This document shows, piece after piece, positions 35,520 through 46,100 of a stretch of 64,000 nt of DNA. A model generated the notes under the pieces. The model was not told where the DNA came from. It ran no database searches and saw only the letters and a program-made list of their open reading frames with translations. Source of the stretch: Hyaloraphidium curvatum SAG 235-1 (Eukaryota; Fungi; Monoblepharomycota); contig JAIVFI010000041.1 of the NCBI GenBank assembly GCA_025558095.1, positions 124,001 through 188,000 of the forward strand. The letters run 5' to 3'. The position numbers and the translations under genes are program-made. Within the stretch, counting starts at the first letter, position 1. Each line of letters opens with the position of its first letter.

Positions 35520-35766
35520 CAACTTCTTAGCTCTTTTTCACTTCTCTTTCATGCCATTGTAGCCGCGTGTCGGTCGCATCCTCGTCGTCTGGGCCCCTGG
35601 AGGGGTTGGGGAGGGAATCCCCGACGGGCTGGGGCAGCGGCTGCTTTGTCAACAGGACGGTCCAACGCGACTCACTCCAACTGCTCACGCCACGGTGGTC
35701 CGTCCGCGGCCGTCGTTCCCGAAAACTACTTTCCTCACAGTCTAGCGCTTCAGCAGTACAGACGCG

Positions 35767-37452
35767 ATGGCGAACCCCGGCGGGTACAACATTCTGTTCA
35801 TCCTCACGGACCAGGAGCGGCACTTCCGTTCCGATGAGGTCGCGCGGTCGGCGGCTGGCGAGCCCTTTGTGCTGCCGTCGCACGAGCGGCTCGCGGCTTC
35901 GGGCGTCGTGTTCGAGAACCACCGCATCAACTCCTGCGTCTGCACGTCGTCGCGTTCCGTAATCTATACGGGGCAGCACATCCAGAAGACGGGCCTGTTC
36001 GACAACGTCAACTTCCCCTGGTCGCGCTCCCTTTCGACCGACATGAAAACGGTGGGCCACCTGATGCGCAGCGCGGGCGTGTACTCGGCATACAAGGGCA
36101 AGTGGCACATGTCCAAGGAGTTCGAGGAGGAGAACACGCTGGAGGCGCCGCACCACTTCTTCACCAAGGAAATGGACGAGTACGGGTTTTCGGACTACTA
36201 CGGCATAGGCGATGTCATTGCTAGAACTCAAGGGGGCTACTTGCACGACGGTATCACCGCCGCGATGGCTGCCAACTGGCTGCGCGGCAAGGGCACCGAG
36301 CTCGCCGCTGAGAAGAAGCCCTGGTTCCTGGCCGTCAACATGGTCAACCCGCACGACGTCATGTTCTACGACACGGACGAGCCGGGCAAGCCCGTCCAAG
36401 CTGAAGGTGCCCTCGCGGATCTGCACAGCGACCCGCCGCACGCCCTGTACCAGAACAAGTGGGATTTCGACCTGCCCAAGAGCTTTTCGCAGCCCATCGA
36501 CTCGCCCGGCCGCCCGCACGCGCACTTCGAGTTTGCCGTCACCGACGCCGTCCTGACGGGCCGCATTCCCGCCGATCAGGAATGGCGGTGGAAGAAGCGC
36601 CACAACTTCTACCTCAACGCCCTGCTGGATGTCGACCGCAACATTGTCGCCGTGCTCGATGAACTGAGGGACACTGGCTTGGATTCAAACACCATCGTGA
36701 TCCTGACCTCGGACCACGGCGAGCTCGACGGGGCCCACCAGCTGTCCGGCAAGGGCGCCACCGCGTACCGCGAGCAGAACAACGTCCCTCTGATCATCTC
36801 GCACCCGGGCCTCCCGCACCTCGCCGGCAAACGTTGCCGTGCCGTCACGTCGCACCTTGACCTGGTCCCGACCATGATCTCGCTCTCGTCGGCGCCCTCC
36901 GAAGTCAAGGCCGACATCCTGGCCTCGCTCCCGGGGAAGGACCTGTCGTCCATCCTTTCCTCGGGCAAGCCGGAAGAAGCAGCGGTGGACTCGCTGCGGC
37001 CCGACGGCCAGCTCTACTGCTTCAACATGTTCCTCACGATCGACGGTAACTTCCTCACAAAGGCGAGGAACATGTTGGTCGCACCCGGTGGCGCGGAAAA
37101 GCTCAAGGAGGCGGGCCTGCGCCCCGACCTGCGCAAGCGCGGTGCAATCCGGAGCGTTTTCGACGGCCGCTACACGTTCGCGCGCTACTACAGCCCGAAA
37201 CAGCACAACTTGCCGCAGACCCTCGACGAGCTCTTTGAGCTCAACGATGTGGAGCTATTCGACACGGTGGCAGACCCCGATGAGAAGGAGAACCTGGCCT
37301 TGGACCGCGTCGGAAACGCTCGCATCCTGATGGAGATGAATGCCAAGCTCAACAGGCTGATTGCCGCCGAGGTCGGCGAGGATGTTGGGCAGATGCTCCC
37401 TGGCGGCATCGACGGCGGCTGGGTTGCGACCAAGGTCGTCAACGACTTGTGA
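35767..37452 (+). CDS. Sulfatase (formylglycine-dependent), intronless
   Basis: NILFILTDQER, CTSSRSVIYTG (CxxxR), GKWH, VNPHD, TSDHGE, TSHLDLVPT. Confidence 0.92.
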   Translation: MANPGGYNILFILTDQERHFRSDEVARSAAGEPFVLPSHERLAASGVVFENHRINSCVCTSSRSVIYTGQHIQKTGLFDNVNFPWSRSLSTDMKTVGHLMRSAGVYSAYKGKWHMSKEFEEENTLEAPHHFFTKEMDEYGFSDYYGIGDVIARTQGGYLHDGITAAMAANWLRGKGTELAAEKKPWFLAVNMVNPHDVMFYDTDEPGKPVQAEGALADLHSDPPHALYQNKWDFDLPKSFSQPIDSPGRPHAHFEFAVTDAVLTGRIPADQEWRWKKRHNFYLNALLDVDRNIVAVLDELRDTGLDSNTIVILTSDHGELDGAHQLSGKGATAYREQNNVPLIISHPGLPHLAGKRCRAVTSHLDLVPTMISLSSAPSEVKADILASLPGKDLSSILSSGKPEEAAVDSLRPDGQLYCFNMFLTIDGNFLTKARNMLVAPGGAEKLKEAGLRPDLRKRGAIRSVFDGRYTFARYYSPKQHNLPQTLDELFELNDVELFDTVADPDEKENLALDRVGNARILMEMNAKLNRLIAAEVGEDVGQMLPGGIDGGWVATKVVNDL

Positions 37453-37680
37453 TTCATCCTACTTGGATCTATCTATCGGACTCATCAATAGGGTAACTAT
37501 CCTGTATTAGGAGCTTTTGAATCGTTAGATCGAGCGCTGGACACGCCGCGCGGACTTGGCGGCACTGCTCGCTTTGGGGCGCGTTGTTTTCTTCGCGCGC
37601 GGGCAGTAGGCAGCCTGCTTCGAGGACTTGAAGTGGCGAATCCACGAAACTTCCCACACAACAGCAACTCTAGCATCGCG

Positions 37681-40133
37681 ATGGCAGCCGCGGGAACCGT
37701 AGCTGTTCCTCCGTACCCGCGGGATGTGCCGCTCAAGCAGATGGCGGACCTCGCGGCGGCGAGGAAGCGCGCGTCGCTGGACCCGGAGAAGATGACGCCA
37801 CTCCTTTACACCCCGGAGGCCATGGCCAAGCGAAAGCGGGCTCTGGAGATTGTTTCTGGCGAGAAGCTCTTCCTGGACGCCATGGACCAATGGTGCGGCG
37901 TTTGCGGAGGCGGCGATTCATGTCCGCCTGACTCTTGCCGCTGGAGGCACTTCCTCGGACGCACGGAGCAGATGAAGCTCATCATGCCGGTCATGAAGCG
38001 ACTGGCGGAGATCAAGCTTGAGAACGGCTTTTCCAGGGAAGACATGCTTTACCTCTACGGAATCCTTGGTGAGGCTGGATATCCTCTTGGGAGACACTCT
38101 TCACTGACCGTCCGCGGCCCTGCCTTCAGGTTTCAGCATGCCGATATTCAACCACGAGCAGACTTTCTTCGCCGCCGGTCTTACCAGCAACGCCACTCCC
38201 GAGCAGCTCGAAGACTGGGGCCCCAGGGGAGAGGAATACAGATTCTGGGGCGCTTATGCGCAGACAGAGCTTGGACACGGCTCGAACATCTCGGCCCTGG
38301 AGACCACCGCGACCTACGACCCAGCGACGCAGGAGTTTGTGATGGACACGCCGACGCTGAGCGCCACGAAGTGGTGGTAAGCAGTTGTGTAGAGCCCATG
38401 TCGGCCATCGCTGACAAAGCGACAGGATTGGAGCGCTGGGAACCATGGCGACGCACGCCCTCGTGATGGCGAGGCTCATCATCAAGGGCAAAGAGTACGG
38501 CACCGCTCCGTTCATGGTTCCGATCCGCGACATGAAAACGCACGAGCCGCTTCGCGGGGTCTGGTGCGGCGACATCGGTCCCAAGATCGGCTCCTCGACG
38601 ATCGACAACGGCTTCCTGCGCCTGGACCACGTGCGGATCCCGAGGGAGAACATGCTTTCCCGAAACTCTTCCGTGACGCCTGCGGGAGAGTTCGTGAAGC
38701 CGAAGCACGAGAAGCTGTTTCTCGGCGGCATGCTGGTCCGCCGCACGGAGATCACCGCCGGCGCAGCAAGGGCCTTGGCGAAGGCATGCACCGTGGGCGT
38801 CCGCTATGGCGAGGTGCGCAGGCAGAACTGGGGAATCGGAGCGGGCGGGAAGCGGAGCGGGGAAGAGGCCGCAATCATGGGTTATCCGATGGTTCAGATG
38901 AGAATCCTGCCTGGTCAGTCATGGTGTGACCTATTCTCGTCCACGCCTGACAGCTCCTTCGCTTACCAACAGCTCTGGCCGCGGCGTACTCCTTCAACTT
39001 CGCCGGATCCTTCCTCGTCAACTACTTCACCAACTACAGGTCGCAGTTCCTCAACGCGAAGGACGACAGCTTCTTGGATACCTTGTCCGACTTCCACCCG
39101 ACCTTGAGTGGTCTCAAATCCTACTGGTTCGGCGAGCGTATTGTTCCTTTTGGCACCCTAGCTCACTATCGCTATATGCAGCACCACCGTCACGGCAGAC
39201 TTCATCGAGGACATCCGTCGGTGTCTGGGCGGCCACGGGTACTCTTTGGCTGCGGGACTTGGTGATCTCTACCGGAACTACGTCAACACAAACACGGTCG
39301 AAGGAGAGAACGTGCTCATGACCCAGCAGGCGGCCAGGTACCTCATGAAGATTGCCCGTGGCAACAAGGCTAGCAGGGAACGTTTGTCGCAGAGCCCGGC
39401 TACTGCGTACCTCGCTCGCCTGTTCGAGAGGGATCCGCCTTGCAGCATCCAGTCTGAGGAGGGCTTCGCAGATCCGAAGGTCCAGATCGAAGCCTTTGGC
39501 CACCGCGCCCGGCGTCTCGTGGAGGAGTGCTTCGAGGCGGTGAACCGCAACAACGGGGACATTGGATCTGCAGCGCCCGAAGCCTTCGCGGTCAGCGTGG
39601 CGCACACTCAGAACCTGATCGTGACGCTCTTCTGGCAAAAGCTCGAGGAACTCGAGAGGAGCGGCACCGCAGACCCGGCGTGCTCGAAGGCGCTGCGGAG
39701 CCTTGCCGTATTGAACGGGCTTTACCTCATGCAGAAGCATGCCGCCGAGTTCCTGGAAGACGGCTACCTGAATGGAAAGCAGATCAAGATGATCCGCAGC
39801 AGCCGTAGGTTTACGTTTTACTTCTCGAATGATTTCGCTGAAGCATTTAACGCACTAGTGCACGCCCTCCTCCCGAAGATCCGCACGGATGCCGTCGCCC
39901 TTGTCGACGCCTGGGACATTTCGGATCTAGAGCTGCAGAGCCATCTCGGACGCAAGGACGGTAACGCGTACGAGAGCTACTTCCTCTGGGCATTGAAGGA
40001 GCCGGTGAACAAGGGCAAGGGCGGCAAGGGCGTCATCGACGGGTACGAGCAGTACTTGAAGCCTCTGCTGAGCGGGGAGGTCGCCGACAAGGCGAAGCGG
40101 ATCCGCGAGAGCAAGGGCAATGCCAGGCTATAA
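37681..40133 (+). CDS. Peroxisomal acyl-CoA oxidase, multi-exon, PTS1-like ARL
   Basis: GAYAQTELGHGSN..ALETTATYD, KWW|IG, GDIGPKIG..IDNGFL, GGHGY, TVEGENVLM, LGRKDGNAYE; ends in GNARL. Confidence 0.95.
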
Positions 40134-40158
40134 TGTCACATGTTGCACAAAGCTTATG

Positions 40159-41850
40159 TTAATGAAGCTTGCGAAGAAAAGATGCTACGTCGCGGCCAAC
40201 CACCAATCCGGTTTCGATTGCGCCGTCGATGAAGCCCTTCCAGCCCTCGCTATAGTCACCGTTGGCAAAGAACATACCGTTCCCGTGCTTTGCCCGCAGT
40301 GCGATGTCGTGTCCGCTAGACCAGAACTCGGGTCCGTGGAATGACCATGTGCCCATCGAGTATGGGTCGTGGGTCCAGTTGTGGAAGGTGTAGGCCGAGA
40401 CGGGCTGTGAATCGCTGGTTCCGAAAACAGACAGGTCAGGGAACGACTTGAAGAGCCCATCCATGATCCGCTCCGGATCGTGCTTTGCTTCCAGCTCCGG
40501 ACGGTAGACGCTGGGCAGCGAATCGACGATCCCGCGGGCGCAGCCGAAGCCTACAAGAAGAGCTCCGCCGTCTCCCGTTCGCTTATCGCCCATACTCATG
40601 TGGAAGACAGGAGCGTTGTCGCCGAATCCTGCTGCAAAGCCCGATGCCGAAGGCGGTATGCCCGAGGCTGCGGTTGAGTGCGCAATGACCTTGTAGCCCT
40701 CCCCAGTGTGCGGTTCGCCGATAGCGGCAGCTTTTGCCGTGGACAGAGGCGGGCTGAACGAGACCTTGTGCAGAACATTGTGAGGAATCGTGATGATAGT
40801 TGACCGGGCTTTGAAAGCAACAGCCTCCGCGGGGTTGGACGGTGTCGGAGTTGCGAGGGGGTTCAAAGTGGTCGAAAGTGTCACGACCCCGTCAGCTTCC
40901 GTGACGGAATCGACGACACGATCGAAGACGAAATCGATCTTTGCCCCCGCAGACAAGGCGTCGTCCAGGATGTGGCCGAGCAAGTTGGTGGTTCCATGCT
41001 TCAGCTTCCAGACGCCGCCGGCCTCGACCAGCCCCTCCACCGTGTGCCCGGGAAGCGAGAACCAGCGCCACGCTTCAACAAAGCCCATCTTCTTGGGATC
41101 GGGTTGCAGCGCCAGCGAGGACATGTACGCGAGCACGTAGTCGGCCTGCTTTCCATTGATCTTGCCGGCCTTGAGCAGCTGCTCCACCCGGTCCCCGACG
41201 GATAGCGCATCCCATTTGGCGAGCCCCTCGGCGTTCAGGTCGCTCGTCGAGAGCGTGAACGGCTGCGGAATGTCCTTACGGCCCAGGAAACCGTCGACGT
41301 CAAAGAAGGCGACGAGGGCCTCGTCGTAAGATGGGTCGTATTCGACACGGGAGAACGTCGTGTGGGTGTCCCCGGGTTCGACAAACGTGAGCGACGTTGC
41401 GCCGGGCTTGAACAGGGACTCGCTGGCGACGAGAGAGTTCCTCAGGCCGTAGCGCGTGAGCTCGGCAAAGACATGGGGCTGCGACACATGCACCCATGTT
41501 CCGCCCATCTCGACTTTGGTCGTTCCTTGATCGCCTCCCCAGGGGAGCTCTGCCGTGAAGGTGCGTCCGCCGATCCGGTCGCGGGCTTCCACCACGAGGA
41601 TGCTCTTCACGCCCCGCCAGGCCAGCTCCCGGAGCGCTGTGAGGCCCGCAAAGCCAGCTCCGACAACGATGCAGTCGTAGACGTCCGAAGACGCGTCCGT
41701 GACGTCGACAGAGGGCGGTTTCGAGGCAGCGGATGTCGGAATGCCGAACGAGCCCTTGAAGGCGCCGGAACCAGCGTCAAGCAGAAACGTCGTGCCATCC
41801 CGGGTCGACGGAGGGACGGACGCGCCGCCGGACGACACCGAGGGTGCCAT
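40159..41850 (-). CDS. Flavin monoamine oxidase family protein, intronless
   Basis: VVGAGFAGL, VEARDRIGGRTFT, EMGGTWVH, W..DPYSMGTWS, FANGD..GWKGFIDGAIETG. Confidence 0.9.
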   Translation of the reverse strand: MAPSVSSGGASVPPSTRDGTTFLLDAGSGAFKGSFGIPTSAASKPPSVDVTDASSDVYDCIVVGAGFAGLTALRELAWRGVKSILVVEARDRIGGRTFTAELPWGGDQGTTKVEMGGTWVHVSQPHVFAELTRYGLRNSLVASESLFKPGATSLTFVEPGDTHTTFSRVEYDPSYDEALVAFFDVDGFLGRKDIPQPFTLSTSDLNAEGLAKWDALSVGDRVEQLLKAGKINGKQADYVLAYMSSLALQPDPKKMGFVEAWRWFSLPGHTVEGLVEAGGVWKLKHGTTNLLGHILDDALSAGAKIDFVFDRVVDSVTEADGVVTLSTTLNPLATPTPSNPAEAVAFKARSTIITIPHNVLHKVSFSPPLSTAKAAAIGEPHTGEGYKVIAHSTAASGIPPSASGFAAGFGDNAPVFHMSMGDKRTGDGGALLVGFGCARGIVDSLPSVYRPELEAKHDPERIMDGLFKSFPDLSVFGTSDSQPVSAYTFHNWTHDPYSMGTWSFHGPEFWSSGHDIALRAKHGNGMFFANGDYSEGWKGFIDGAIETGLVVGRDVASFLRKLH

Positions 41851-42021
41851 TGCTTCGAACGCAGCTCAATGACGGTCGGTTTTGACAAGCGTCGGACGGC
41901 GGGACGGAAGCGCGAAGGGACTCCCTGCCTGACTCCGCCTCATTCCGATATCGCCGTCTTCTCCGCTACGCAAGCTCCTTGCTCATCGCTCGAAGCTGCT
42001 CTGATTCATTGAATCGGCGAA

Positions 42022-43082
42022 ATGCGATCGGTGATTTCGTTGGTGGCGGTCGGCTTGGCCGCCTTGGCCCCCGCTGCGCTTGCCCGGCCGGCGACGAAAC
42101 CGCCCTCCGCGACTTTGCCTGTCGTCCTCTGGCATGGCATGGGCGACAGCGGGGACTCGGACGGCATGGCCTCGGTGGCGTCGATGATCCAGGACGTCGC
42201 CGGGTCGGACGTCTACGTCGCCTCCATCTCGCTCGGCGACGACGACAAGCGCGCGAGCTTCTTTGGGGAGGTTAACGAGCAGGTGGACGCAGTCTGCGAA
42301 TTGCTCGCCGAGGACGCGGAGCTGCAGGGCGGCTTCATCGGCATCGGGTTCTCGCAGGGCGGGCAGTTTCTCCGCGCCTACGCGGAGCGCTGCAACGACC
42401 CGCCGCTGAAGACCCTGATCACCTTCGGCGCCCAGCACATGGGCGTGGCCTCCCTGCCCGGCTGCCCCGACGACGACAGCTCGGTCGCGTGCTCGATCGC
42501 CAGGAACCTCGCGCTGCGCGCCGTCTACTCGGACTTTGTGCAGTCGCGCGTGGTCCAGGCCCAGTACTTCAAGGATGTCTCGCGCTACGACGAGTACCTG
42601 GAGAAGGTCAAGTTCCTGCCCGACATCAACAACGAGGGCGAGGAGAAGAACGACGTCTACAAGAAGAATCTTGCGTCGCTGGACAAGCTGGTCCTGATCA
42701 TGTTCACCAACGACACGACTGTGATTCCGAAGGAGAGCGCTGTAAGCCCTCATTCCGGCCACTCGAACGCCCCTCCTAACCACGTCCCGCCTGCCAGTGG
42801 TTCTCGTTCTATGACCTCTCCGAGGAGAAGGTGCTCACGCCGATGCGCGACCTGCCCATCTACAAGGAGGACTGGATCGGCCTCAAGGCGCTGGACAAGG
42901 CCAAGAAGATCGACTTTGTCGAATGCGTCGGCGGTCACATGCAGATCTCCGAGGACTTCTTCACGGACGTCGTGCGGAAGTACATTGGCAACGGAGGAGG
43001 CAAGGGCGGCAACGGTGCCAGGCGGTTCGTCACCAAGACCGTCCGACTCGGAACCGAGGAAGCGCTCGAGATTCAGCAGTAA
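42022..43082 (+). CDS. PPT1: Palmitoyl-protein thioesterase 1-like, signal peptide, intron at about 42742-42797
   Basis: PVVLWHGMGDS, GFSQGGQFLRA, QHMGV, VQAQYFKD, FLPDINNE, DTTVIPKES, YKEDWIGLK, GGHMQ. Confidence 0.93.
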
Positions 43083-43143
43083 CGCCACTGCGGGGCATCA
43101 TTATGTATGGTAAACGAATCGATTACAGATTCAGATTTTTCGC

Positions 43144-46100
43144 TCAGGCCTTGCCCTCCATCTGCTTGAGGTCCTCGAGCGCGTTGCCGGTCGCCTTCAG
43201 ATCGAACTTGTCGACGAGGAACTGGAGCGCAGCGGGGCGGACAAAGGCAGGGAGGCGGGGGCCGATCCTCACGCCGCGGAGGTTGAGGTGGAGCAGGGTA
43301 AGGAGGATGGCGACGGCCTTCTGCTCGAACCACGAGACGACGAGGTTGAGGGGGAGGTCGTTGACGCCGCACTTGAAGTGGTTGGCAAGAGCCACGGCGA
43401 TCTGGATTGCAGAATAGGCATCGTTGCACTGCGATGGAATGTCAGCATCCGTCAACCTTGCAATCCACCTGTAAGCTCACCTGTCCGAGGTCAAGGAGGC
43501 GGGGAATCCCGGTGTCGCCAATCGTCTGGTACTGCAGCTTGTCGCCGAGCACGCGGTACTTGCCGCAGCCCGAGGTGAGGACCACCGAGGTCGGGGGCAG
43601 GTTCTCCATCAACTCGCTGTAGTAGCTGCGCTCGCCCTCGAAGCCGTCGCAGCCGCCGACGTAGTAGAAGCGGGTGATGAGGCCCTTTTCGATGGCGCCA
43701 ATGACGGTGGGAGCCACAGAGAGCACCGTCTCGAGGGCGAAGCCGACGTTGTACGACTTGGCGGGCTTGCCGAAGGGGTCGAGAGGATACGTGTACTCGG
43801 TTTCACCCTCCTTGAATCCCGGCATTTGCTGTGCCTTCGCGATCACGGAGCTGAAATCGAAGCCGTTTATCGCCTCGCAGCCGGGAAACCCGACGGCGCC
43901 AGCGGTGAAAATGCGGTCCTTCATCTCCTCTTTCGGCGGGACGAGGCAGTTCGTCGTCATGACCACAGGGCCCGGGAAATGAGGAAATTCGACGGTCTGG
44001 AAGTGTTTCGGCGTGAGTGGAGACCTCCGAGAGGCCCAGTGCATGCAAACGCACCTGGCGCTGCCATGCGACACCAAAGTGACCAGCCAGGTTGCCGTAC
44101 TCGCGGAGCTTGGGGTAGCCGAAGGCCGGAAGCATCTCGCCGTGCGTGTAGACGTTGATGCCGGTGCCCTTGGTCTGCTCGAGCAGCTCCTCCAGGAACT
44201 TCATGTCGTGACCGGAGATGAGGATCGCCTTGCCGGGCTTGGGCGCCACGGGCACCACAGCAGGCGACTGAGCGCCGTGCGTGACGGTGTTGGCGCGGTG
44301 GAGCGTCCTGCGAGGAAGAGCGTTAGCGTGGGAGGGGGCTTCCCAACCCGCGCGGCATGCACTTACTCCATCGTGATGAGGTTGGCCTCCCCGCAGCGGA
44401 GCAGCATGCCGACCACCTTGTCCAGGTCGTAGGCGTCGGGTCCGATGAGGAACGCAAGGGCCTCGTTGACGTAGTCAAAGATTCGCGCATCCTCCTCGCC
44501 GAGGAGCACGGCGTGATCCGCGTACGCCGAAACGCCCTTCAATCCGTAAACCAACATCTCGGCGAGTCCCACGACGACGTCGTTCTTGACGGTGCGGAAC
44601 TTGGCAAGCAGGCCGACGAGCTCGCCCTTCTTGGCCAGCGCGGCGGGGTCCGTCAGGCCGACCGAGAGGTCGGGGATCGGGCACTTCTGCTGCGCGGCGC
44701 CGACGGCCTTGCAGATGTCGGCGTAGAGCTGGCCGCGGGACTTGGTGGCCTGGCCGACCTTGAGGATGTAGTCGGCGATCGCCTGGCTATCGAAGTTGAC
44801 GTTCGTGAGCGTCGAGAACAGGGCGAGCAGGGTGAAGCGGTCCGTCTCGCGGTCCTTGGCCTTGTCGGCGAGGGCGGCAGGCACGTTGCCCTTGGCGACG
44901 AGGGTGCGGATCTCGTGGTTGTACCAGCCGAGCCGCTTGACGACGTCGACGAGCAGATCCTGGAGGGCGGCGACCTCGGGGGTCTTGCCGCAGACGCCGA
45001 CGCTGGAGTCAGAGGAGCATCAGCATCCATCCCGAGCTCAAAGGAAAGGAGATTGCTCACGTCGTGCAGCCCTTGCCCTGGAAAGTCTGTTCACATTGCA
45101 TGCAGAGCATTTTCGCTCCCTCGAAGACGGCGGCGAGCGGCTTGTCCTGCTCGGCCTTGGCGGCGTAGTCCTTGAGCAGGTTCTGCGCAAAGAGGTTGAG
45201 GACAGGTCCGCGGGGAGAAAGGCGGCCGCGACCCACCTCGACGTCCACCTCCCTCGTGTACGCCTCCACGGTCCACCTGTTGGGCTTGCCGGGCACCATC
45301 TCCCCCTTGACCTCGGCCAGCTCCGCCGCGGCGGCCTGCGGGTGCACCCCCTTGACGGCGGCGATCGCTTCCTGGATCGACATCTCGACCGCCTGAGGGA
45401 CCACGCCGGCGGGGCCGGTGTAGACAAAGACGCCCTTGCTGTCGAGCAGGGCCTTGACGGCGGACTCGGACTTGCTCAGCGAGTCGGTGATGAGGCTGCC
45501 CTGGTCCATCGCGGCGGTAGAGAGCTGCATCCGCGGATCCGAGCGGTCAGCGATCCGACGCCACGCGCTGCATGCGGGCTAGGGGACCCACGTTGCACAC
45601 GCCCTGCGAGGCGTACTTCCCGAGCTCCTCCTCGAACACGAAGTCCTTGTCCGCGTGCCTGAACCCGTAGAAGAGCTCGATCGGCGCCACCTTCTTGCCC
45701 TGCGCCTTGAGCGCGGCCCAGTGCTGCACGAGCCCGCGGGCGACACCGATCCCCGAGCCGAGGCCGACGGCGACCACGGGCACGTCGGGCGAGGGCACGA
45801 GGATGGGGCTCTGCTGCACCTTGACCTGGACCTTGTCGCCGGGCTTGAGGGCGGCGAGGTACCCGGAGGCCAGGCCGACGAACTTCTTGGAGGGGTTCGA
45901 GAGCGTGGCCCAGACGTCGGCGGCGAAGACGAGGTCGATCTGGTTGGGCGAGGCCAGGGGGGAGCTGGCGATCGAGTAGTAGCTGAAAAGAAAGGGCGGG
46001 TCAGTGGGCGATAGATGCGCCCAGATCGCACGAGACGAACCGGGGCTGAAGCCTCGGCACAGTCGAAAGCAGCTGCTCGATTGACAACCTGGCCGACGGG

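Noticed and set aside
26383-40133. Peroxisomal lipid-catabolism cluster (SKL esterase, ARL acyl-CoA oxidase)
   Set aside because: The genes are more than 10 kb apart with unrelated genes between; co-location is probably chance.
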